Shown: piece by piece, positions 50,923 to 61,100 of the stretch
Numbering within the stretch: position 1 is the first letter of the stretch
Layout of the letters: every line of letters begins with the position of its first letter
From: Cycas panzhihuaensis
Lineage: Eukaryota; Plantae; Cycadophyta
Direction of reading: 5' to 3'
Length of the DNA: 64,000 nt
Assembly (NCBI GenBank): GCA_023213395.1
Contig: CM041465.1
Location: 128,037,741 to 128,101,740 of the forward strand
The notes under the pieces: model-generated
What the model was told of the DNA's origin: nothing
Seen by the model: the letters and a program-made list of their open reading frames with translations, nothing else
The model's database searches: none
Translations under genes and position numbers: made by a program

Positions 50923-51292
50923 GGAAGATCGCCTGATCCCCGTCCTTGCCGCAACAAAGGGAAGGGCACTTGGAACTCTTCTTCCTCTTCTCGTTCTCCT
51001 AGCCGTCGCACCCCGTCGCCTTCATGACCCCGGAACAGGGGGAAGAAGGTGATCCAGTTGCTTGAAGCAACTCTGACTTTTGTCCTTACGCGATCTCAAG
51101 CCGCTAAGGAGGCAGCGGGAGCTGCTTGTTCTTCCGCCCCTTGAGCCCTCTTGGGAGACCCTTCCTCGGAGGTCCTCTCTTTCCCAAGGCTATTCTTATG
51201 CCGGGTCGTTACGATTTACGAAGGGCACTTGCAACCCTCTGGAAGGGTAAGCCCTTCTCCATCGTTGACGAGCTCCATCTGATCCTGCGGGA

Positions 51293-52306
51293 ATGTCCTT
51301 GATGGACGTTCTGAGGAGTTGCCCCAAGCAGCGGGCCCTTCTCCTGGAAGCTTTAGGGTCAAGTGATGTGCCTGTCCATGCTTTGGGTGTCGCTCAAGGT
51401 AGTGGACCTGTTATCTCATTTGATCCTAAGGACCTTCCTCCTGCCAGTGAAAGGGAACGTCAGTGGAACTTCCCATTCACCATCACCATAGATACGCCTG
51501 ATTGTACTCTTCGAAGAACTATTGCCAACAACGGCTCTTCCGTCAATGCCATGCCCTTGCGTGTCATGCAAGAGCTTGGTATCTCCACCTTGGAACCCGT
51601 TCCCTGGCGATGCCAAGGTTATGATGGTAGCGAGAAGACCCCTCTGGGATCTGTCGCGATTCCGCTCACCCTTGAGGGCAAGACTGTTCTTGCCGATGTT
51701 GTAGTCCTCGACGTTGATGTGGATTACAACCTCCTTCTAGGTCGTCCATGGCTCGACCAAATGGGAGCTGTATGCTCGACTCTTTGGGGGCAACTTAAAT
51801 TTGTCCATGACGGACGAATGAGAGTGATTCCCCGCGAACGCCCTTTTACCAAACAAACTCATTCCACCAGTTCGACAAACCAAGGTTCATCTACCCATGC
51901 CTCAGCTTGCTCTATCGGTATACCTAATCCGTCCGAAGAAGACCCCGCGTCTTCTCCTCCTAGTCTCACGCGGTTCGTCCCTATTGGCGTTGGGAGTTAC
52001 GGGTACCTTGCTTCGTTTAGCGATGATGAGTCGCTCGACGAAGACGAGGATTGTCTCCACCCTGTCTCTTTCCTCCGCGCTAGTAGGTCGCACCTGCCCT
52101 GTTCTAGGTCCTCATCTAGAACCCCTCTCGCTGGTGTGGCTAGCCCCTCGTGTGTGTCACACGTCATCGCTCGTGTTGACTCGCCCGTCGCCAGTTCTTC
52201 TTTTTCATTACCCCCCGTAGGTAATGGCTTTGAGGAATTTCCTTTCACTCCTTCCGAGGAGCCTCTCCCTTGTTTCCTTTCAGATTTCCATGAGGAAGTT
52301 GAGTAA
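51293..52306 (+). pseudogene. Retropepsin aspartic protease region (catalytic D mutated to N)
   Basis: TIANNGSSVNAMP in place of xxDxGSS, and YNLLLGRPWL. Confidence 0.88.
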
Positions 52307-52602
52307 CCCGATGGTCATCACGGTCCCGTTGCTCTTACTCCCTCCAGTGCTTCTTCTACTCGAAGTAAGGTCATCCATGGGGTGGATTATTTAGAGGATG
52401 ACGAAGCCCTGCTCGAGCATCTAGCAGGCCTTGCGCCCAACTTGCCTTCGGTCACCCCGCTTGGTCATCGAAGATTCTCGCGATCGGATACACGCTTCGA
52501 TCAGATCCGTCTCTATTCCTCCTCCTCCCATTGATCTTGCCCTCTCCACTGTGTGGAGGGCAATGCCATGTGCATGGGGGCAACTCAAGTAGTAGTCTTG
52601 GC

Positions 52603-53459
52603 CCTGTCAAGCTCATTAAGGTCGGGTTAGAATGTTCTCTGATGAGATAAGGGAGTACTCATACATTCTAGGAGTTCCGAGACATTTTTGCGTGGGATTA
52701 TGCTGACATGAAGGGAATCGACCCCTCGATTGTCACTTATAACCTCACCACCCTTCCTGGCGCCCGCCCTGTGTGCCAGAAGTAGCGTCCCCTTCACCCA
52801 AAGCTATCTGCCGCCATCAAAATGGAGGTCGAGAAGCTTCTAGACGCCGGGCTCATTACTTCTATTGACTACCCTAAGTGGGTCTCCAACATTGTTCCCG
52901 TTGCTAAGAAGAACGGGGCAATCCGTATACATGCTGATTTTCACGACATCAATAGTGCTCGATCCCAAAAGGATTAGCACCTTCAGTTACCCTCCGCCTT
53001 GTGGGCTTATCGCACCTCTATCCGTTCCGCCACAGGAATGACCCCATTCTCCCTGGTCTACGGTACTGAGGCGGTACTCCCGTTGGAGGTGGAGATTCTT
53101 TCCTTGCGAGTCTCCCTTCGAGGTCTCATCGACGAAGAGTCGATCCATCGAGCCCACTTTGCCGACCTCGAAGCTTTGGATGAGAGGCGGCAGCGCCTAT
53201 CAGGCTAACCTAGCATCCAAAGCCCGCTCACAAAGGGCCCACGATAAACGCCTTCGTTCCCGCCCTTTTATTTCCTAGGGACTATTTCCTCAAGCTCGAA
53301 TATCTCCACGACCGTTTGACCAAATTCAAACCCCGATGGGTTGGTCCTTTCGTCATTATCGAATCCCTTGATAATGGTGCTTATAGGATAACCACCCTAG
53401 AAGGGCTCGAATTTGAGAAAGCCGTTAATGGGATGTTCCTTAAGAAGTTTTACGCATGA
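52603..53459 (+). pseudogene. Deleted pol: RT N-terminus joined in frame to integrase C-terminus
   Basis: EFRDIFAWDYADMKGIDP...EVEKLLDAG..WVSNIVPVAKKNGAIRI.ADF.DIN then QKD*HLQLPSALWAYRTS...TPFSLVYG.EAVLP...W.GPF...LKKFYA*. Confidence 0.92.
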
Positions 53460-54810
53460 TCTCTTGGCGATCCCTTCGCCCTGCTCTGAAATGAGCCTAA
53501 ACTACCATCTTAGGTTGTCCCCATTCTTCCCAACCACGGGTAGAGTCGCAATTTAAGATGGACTCCTCTTCTTCTTTTCGGTTCCTTCCGCGGAACCCGC
53601 GTTCCCGTATTCTCTCGGGAACCCTTGTGTCGTCTTGCTTGGGCATCCCCCAATCAGGAAGACGCGTGGGGGCATCGTCTCCCCTCTTTCCTACCCGCCG
53701 TTTCCTTCGCATATCCCACTATGCTCTCCTGCAGACTTGTGTGCCACCCTGCTCTCTAACCTTACACTCCTATGTCGTCCTGCTCACGGAGTGTGTGTGT
53801 GCCCCTGTTAGGTGGGTGGTCATACATGGGAGGAAACGTGTGTCTATACAACATAAACTATCCACAACATAAAACGCCTATAACATAACATTCATAATAT
53901 ACAAAAAAAATTCTTCTGGTGGTCCCCGTGGGGCCCACCGGGACCAGGGCTCCCTAATGCCCAGGTCCCCGCCTCTTTCTGGGTCTGATTCAGATCCCGA
54001 GAAGCCTTCCGTTACCCATAAGGGGCACTAATACTATGCAAAAATTACTTCAAAAGCTGAAAAAAATAGACAAACTTTGAACTTTGAGATAGGCTAGGTT
54101 TAGTGACATCTACTCACTAGATCTGGTCTCGCTACTGCCATGTCGTCTGGTTGGTCGTGTTAGCTCCCTCCGCTCTCCGATCCGACGGTCAGATCTCCCT
54201 CGGCGTGCCTCTAAAGTTGGGTGGCACTTTGCTGCGTAAGGAAATGGCTCTGGTTTCATACGAGAGTCGGTGAAAATGAATCCATTTTCCCGTTAATTTC
54301 CCCAACGGGCACTTCCTCTATTTTTGGTCTCGCGTCAGTCGTTGGGACCGCCTCATTGTCCTGATTACCTTTGCCTTCTGGCCCTGTCGTCAATTGTGCT
54401 TTATCGATGCCCTTTTTGCCCGCCCTTGTGAGGGCATTTATGGTGCCTCGTTATCGCACTTTGCGAGGCCCTTCAGATCGCTTTCTGGCGCTACTCCCGT
54501 GCCTGCCCGAGTTTATACTCGTTTGGCTCGTTTCGTCGCCCTGGACTCGTTTCCGTGGCCCTTTCTCGCTCCCGGGGTCCCCAAAGGGAATGTCTCCCCC
54601 ACCTGGGGGCATGTTTCGCTTCCTGAAGCGACCTTTTGGAGCCCTAGGAGGCTGTTCCTTCTGACCACCCTCTGCTGGTGATCAGGTTGCTTGCTCTCGC
54701 CCTTGGTAACCTCATTGCTAGGTCCTCCTACCCTTCATGGCTATCTTTTGCTTTTTTTTTTTTTAGTGTTGCTTTCATCACCCATTGTCTGCTTGGATTT
54801 TGTGTCACCT

Positions 54811-55226
54811 ATGTCCGCTCACATCTTTCTTGTGGCCGCGGTAATCCTGGACCTTCTGCCGCTGCATGTATTCTCCGCAGCCCTTTTAGACATGATCTCC
54901 TCTGCTCTGGGATCTTCCTCCCAGAGGCTACCAACAACAAAGCTGAGTATGCAGCTGTTATTGAAGCCCTCACTGATGCTCTTTGTTTCCATCACGGATC
55001 CATTGTTTTGCTTTGCGACTCTCAAGTTGTGGTGTCTCATCTCACCCAGGTTTACCAGGTGCGATGCCCTCACTTGAGGACCCTTGCTTCTGCTGCCAGA
55101 TCTCTCCTGGCCTATTTTTCTTCCGTTGATATCCAGTATATCCCTCGGGCCCTCAACGCTGAGGCGGATAGCCTCATTCGCCTCATCCTTGAGCGCCGCC
55201 TCTCCCTTCTTGCTGACCGTCCCTGA
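54811..55226 (+). pseudogene. Stand-alone archaeal-type RNase HI (aRH) ORF, frameshifted at the first catalytic Asp
   Basis: ATG 54811 MSAHIF / RGNPGPSAAA...ATNNKAEYAAVIEAL...CDSQVVV...YQVR...L...IQYIPRALNAEADSL. Confidence 0.88.
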
Positions 55227-56911
55227 GGTTTGCCTGGCCTTCCCGTTGCCCAAACCCCAGGTCGTCTATCACTTTGCTTCATGATCCGCTCGCACCTTCG
55301 AAACCGGGTTACTAATGAGGTAAAACTATGGTACCCACTATTTGTTCTTTATTTAGCTATGCGTGTTCTTTTGCATTCTTTGTGGTGGGGGCAGCCCCTC
55401 ACCTGTCTCATTCTTCCAGTCGGTTTCTAGGTGGCCCATAGGCAGCCCCTATGTTGTCTCCACCGTCGCTTTCATATCCATGCGTCCCACCACGACACTC
55501 GCCGGCACCCTTGCCTACTGTTATGATCTTGATTGATATATCTGTACACATGTGCTACTCTTGCGGTTGTGTTGCCGATTCGCCATCGCACCAAGCTTCC
55601 GGCATGAGGCTCTGCGCCAAGGGCGATGTTTCTCGGCTTCCGGAATGGATACGGAATCACCGAGGCTAAGTGCAGGTATGTCTCTCGCATTATCATTGCT
55701 TTCTTTTACTGGATGTTTGCTTGCGTATCTGCATGTGTATAACTTTGTGGGTGACCTTGTAGTCGTCCACACTTATTTTAGAATATGACAACCATAGCAG
55801 GGGCACACTCCCAGCGAGTGTGGCACCCTGGTGACCACATTACTTCCCACATCTGCCCTCCTCGCTCCAAGATCCACTAGGTTTGCGCCACCTCCGCCCG
55901 TGTGATGACCCGTCATCGTTTGGTCAACTTGCCACCTTGGTTGGGCCCTATTTTTGCTCCTTTGGACCCGTTTTGTTGACTTGTTTGCTCCTGGGTAGGT
56001 GTTCTAGCTTTCTATTAGTCTTTTCAGTCATTTGCCCCAGACCTAGGCGGTGGTGGGGCCCATTTTAGCTCTAGGTGCGTCTGGCATTTTCGTGATGCAG
56101 CGAAATTCTCAGCGGTACGATAGTCTCAGGTGCTTTTTAAAAAATCCACCGTCGTAATTTCGCATTTATTGCGAAACTGCCACGTGGCTCGCACCTTATT
56201 TCTCTCCCAACTATGCCCTAATCACCCGCTTTAGGGTTTTGCTTGAGTACTTAAGCCCTTTTTGGCTCATTTTCAAGGATTCTTTGGCTCACTTTTGGAA
56301 TTGCTCTCAAGGAAACACTCTCCTACTCTACTCTTCTCTACTGTTTGCTGCTACAACTGGACCTGCACCCTTCATACAGTGCCCAGCTCTCCTTTAGCAT
56401 GGCTGAGACATTATCCTAGCCCCTCAAATGTCTTGGAGAGGGCCCCTTTGGAGTGGCTTCTAGTTGATCTTTGCCCAGGCAGCCCACAAGTGCCCCAAGT
56501 GCAGGTGTTTCCCATCACATCTCCGTAGCAGGGCCTCAAACCTGCTCTGCCGGATCTGGGCTGATTTCTCAGCCCCTCTTCACTGCTCCTTGGCTGAGGC
56601 AAACCCCTTGCCTCTCCTTTTCAGGTATTCCTTGTTTTGTACTGGTTTTTCTTGTGATATTTATGCTTAAGCTTGTTTGCTCTTGCTTGTTTCTTGAGAG
56701 TTGGTTTTCCTCCCTTTTGAGGACTGCTATACCACTCCTTCTGTGCTTCTTGCCTGCGTTTTCTGCTCAAGGCAGCGGCGTTGAGGGGTGGCATAGGTTT
56801 TGGAGAGGAGCTGGGTGGATTTCGTACCACCTTCCACACTCCCTAAGCGGCTCTAAGCCCTTTAAAGCCTCCCTCTCGCCTCGTGCTGCCCTTGGCTTGC
56901 AAACAAGGGTT

Positions 56912-58187
56912 TGAAGGCTCCCTTTGGTTGCCCAAACCAGTGCTATCACAAGTTGCAGCGCTGATTTGGGGCCTCTTGCTCAGGTTTGGGCATCACCCAT
57001 AAGTCCCAACCGCTAGTTTTTGCTTCACCTTTTCTTCCCGGTCACCCGGTTTGCTCCTCATAGCATCCCAGTTAGCCGCGGGCATCCTTGGGCCTCTCCG
57101 TGCCCTTTCTGCTGCCATTTCCAGCCCTTGCTCTTGACTTTATCCTCGCTGCCTTGTGGCTCTTGAGGGGAGGTTAGGGCACCATTTACGGGAGGTAGGC
57201 CGCTCCGAGGCTTACCCAATCATCTACTGTCACCTTGGTCACTTTCTTTTGGTACTTTCATTGTTGGATTGGCACTAACGCATGTATATTTAGATTCTCG
57301 TTTATGTTATTTAGGCATATATTGTTAGAGTTTTCTGTTGCATGTTAGTGCTCTTCCTTCGGGGAGAGAGAGACCATTATTGCTTGCAGGTATTCGGGAA
57401 GTGCGGAGAACATCGCCCGTTGGCCTCATTATCGGTAAGCACCTTTGTATGCGTTATGTTTTTATTCTGCTTCATTTATTAGTTGGTGCTTCCTTTCTTT
57501 CTTGGCATCGCATTTGATTTTTCGAGGAAGGTAAGGAAGCCCCCCTCTTTCGCCCGTCGCAACATCTCGCATCCAGTACGTCGCGCGAAGTGGTTGGGTG
57601 CTCCTCGAGAAGGCTTCTTCATCACGCATGCCCTCGGCCCAGGTGCACGTTTCGTTCCGCTTTGCTACCTCCTTTCCGCCTTTTATTTTTCTTGTAGTAA
57701 CTAGCACATTGAAAGATAAAAAGGGAAAATTGGTTTGGTACTTGTTTGCGATTCGTTTGTCTTGTTACATGTATCTTTACCGTTCGTAGGAAAGATTGTA
57801 GGAGCCCTCTTCTCCCCTACCTTTCCTTCTCTCTCCTTAACCACACAAGTGCCTTGCTTTTCGCATCACTCGTGTACCCGGTTAGGTTGTGTAGGCATAC
57901 TCTTGGCCTATCTCCATTAGGTCCTCTCTCTCCCCCTTCTGGCCACCCAAGGGTGGGAGGGTCCTACTCCTAGGTCAACCCAGGTTTGCTCTACGCACCT
58001 TCACCCCTTCTTCAAAGCGGTGAAGGGTCACCCAATAGTAGCCATACTCCATTGCAGATCCCGAACTCGCGCTCCGGTGCACGGGGCGCTCTACGTGATA
58101 GTTACTTAGGTTCCATCTTCTATCATTTCACCACTCACTCTCCCCCACACCTATCAGTTAGGTAGTTATCCCGTAGCAGCGCGTCCA
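56912..58187 (+). repeat. 3' LTR of Tat element (portion shared with the 5' LTR; may start further upstream)
   Basis: Direct repeat of 47264-48546, ending gcgtcca. No canonical PPT immediately upstream of 56912. Confidence 0.9.
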
Positions 58188-58188
58188 C

Positions 58189-61100
58189 TTTCCTAACTAG
58201 ATCCATAAACTCAATAGGGATCAAATCCATCTATGCCTCACTTCTTTTAAATTGAACCCCCTAATTAGCCAAACTATCAACCATCCCATTTCCTTCCCTA
58301 TATGTATGACCCACTTGAATGTTTACTCTCCTTTGGAGGGACTCCTTAGCATCATTTATCATGGATCGGAGCTTCTAATTTAGATCTATTTCCCCACTTA
58401 TTAATTTTATCTCATTCAATAAATCCCCTTCCAAAATCACTCTATCATGCCCCTCCTAGGATATCATTTCCAAAACTTTACATATTAGCTCTAGCTATGC
58501 ACACTAATTAGTCTAAATCTTATGATATTCGATAAAAGCCTAGACCACCTTGCCTTTAGCATTTCTGTAAACCCTTCCACCCCGTGCTTTGCCAGGGTTA
58601 CTTTTTGCTACGCCATCAAAATTAATCTTGACCCACTCTTAGGTTTTATGTTCATAATGGGGCTAATACCCCAGTCCTCCAAGATCTTCCTTTCCTTAGG
58701 GGGAACATAAATTTTTTCCTCCTTCTTCAGGGTCTCTCTCAGAGCTACAAAGATCATCCCAAAAAGCTTAAAACCATCCATGTGCTTCTCTTGAAAGATT
58801 ATCCTATTCCTCTCTTTCCAAAGATTCCACATCAGCATAGGTAGTGATGTTGTCCGTAAAACCCTTAAAGTTTCACATATCAAGGGGAACTTCTATGAAG
58901 AGGCTAAGTCCTTCACAATTATGGGGGAGATTCAAACTACCCCAAAAGTGTTCCATAATAGCTTCCACACTTCCTTGGAATAAGAGTAGTGCAACAAGAT
59001 ATGGTTAAGAGACTCCTCCTCCGTTCACCATCGAAAAACCTCTTATCCTTAAGTTATCCAAGGTTAGGATTTTATTCTTAAGGCATACCCACCAGAAGAA
59101 GGTAACCTTATGGATAAGGCCCATTTTCTAAACTCCCCCTAACACCTTGTTTTTAGATAATCCCATTTTTTAGATCAAAAATAGGTAGCCTGATTTCACT
59201 GAGTACTCCATTAAAGGGGAGAGGGGCTAAAGGAGGGAGTCTACCTTGGGAAATATGGGGATATATCTTTTTGCCAACTCACACCTGAGGGCCTCAATTT
59301 ACTCCTCAACCACACATTCTAGGGGTATATCATCAAAGCACCTCCATTTCTTTATGCCCCAACAAATCTCCCAATAGCCCTTGACTTTTTTACCATATAA
59401 CCTTTCATAGGTGTCTTGGATAGAGTTAATAACTAGTCTCTTCTTTAATTGGGGTTATCTGTACCAAATATCCTTCCAAAATCTAATTAGCTCCCCATCC
59501 CCTAAACACCATTGATCTCTTGACGTTAACATCTTTCTCACATAGGTTAGACTTCTCTAAATTGTAGAGCCTAACCTGCTTGAGAAATCATCTCTTGGGT
59601 ACTCCTTGTCCCTAAGGTATTTCTGGGCATAATTTTACACCAAAAGATTTTATCCTCCTTGGCCAATCTCTAGTCCAACTTAGCCACCAAGGCCTTATTA
59701 AACCAGACAATGTTTTTGACATTGAGCCAGCTAGCCCATTTAAGGAGGCATACTTTCTCCTATGCCACTAGGTGAATTCAGTCCCTATCCTCTACCTCAG
59801 ACCATAAAAACCTTTTTTGAATGGATTCTAATACCTTGATAATATTCACAGGGCATCTAAAAAATGATATCATATAGGTTGGGATGCTTTGAAGAGAGGT
59901 TCCTAGTAATTAAAGTTTTCCAACTTGGCTGAGAAGAGCCCCCTTCAAACTAGCTAACTTCCTTCATACCTAATCAATAATCAAGTTCCACATATCCTTC
60001 TCCATTCTACCGACAAAAAGAGACATACCAAGGAAAAGGATAGGGAGCTTCCTAATAGGCATTTTGAGGATATTATTAATAATTCTTTGGGTTCTCTCCA
60101 TGGTATTTAGGAAAAATATGCTACTTTTATTAAGGTTTATCTTCTGTTTCATCGTAATCTCAAACCTTTCAAGCTCATTCTTTATAGCTCTTACTTCCAC
60201 AATAGTGGCTCTACCCAACAAAATGTTATCATCCACAAAGTGATGATGGACTACATTTTCTACACCCGAGGTAGGCTTTAATCCCAGAATCTTACCTATC
60301 TTCTTGGCCTCCTCCATAGACCTTCCCATTAATTTAGCCATAATGATAAATAGGTATAGGACTAAGGGATCCCCTTGCCTCAAACCTATAAAGCCTAAAA
60401 GGAAAGTAGTCAAAGTACCATTAATAATCACAAAAAACTTTGACTTTGAGATACAACTATTAATCCAATTCCCCCAGTGCTCACCAAAGCCAAAAGCCTT
60501 GATGCATTCCGATAAACAATCCCACGAAACCCTGTCATAGGCCCTGGAAAGGTTAATTTTGACTATCATCCTATGCTCTTTCTTCTGGTGAATCAAATGG
60601 ATAGTTTTGTGGACCACAATTATCTCCTTTAAAATCTATCTACCTTTGATGAAGTCATCCTAACTAGGCGCTATGATCAGAGGAAGGATACTCTTAAGCT
60701 TGTTAGCTAGAATCTTGGACATAATTTTGTAGTTAACGTTACATAATCTAATAGGTATAAATTCCTCCATCCTTTTCACTTCTCCCTTCTTCATGATCAA
60801 AAATAAGAAGGTAGCATGCCATTCCTCGTGAATCTTTCGATTCTTATAAATTCCATGATGGCCTCTAAGAGATCTTCCTTGATGATGTCCTAATATTCTT
60901 GGAAAAAACTAAGGGGGAAGCCATCTAAACCTAGGGATTTCTCCCTCTTCATTCTAAAAATAGCTCTTTTCATCTCTTCCATTGAGAAGAGGACCTCCAA
61001 GAATTTATTCATCTCATGTCCTACAATCTTAGGGATAAGGTCTAGAACCTCTCTCCTAACCCCCATATCCTAACACCCTAGTTAATTGAATATGTCCTTG

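Larger units (their letters stand above)
47264..58187 (+). mobile_element. Tat-type (non-chromoviral) Ty3/gypsy, internally deleted, with RNase H ORF downstream of integrase
   Basis: ~1.28-kb direct repeats 47264-48546 and 56912-58187 (~95% identical, one 7-bp indel), PBS TGGCGACC, gag with a CX2HX4HX4C knuckle, protease, RT start fused to INT C-terminus, long 3' region. No TSD. Confidence 0.93.
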
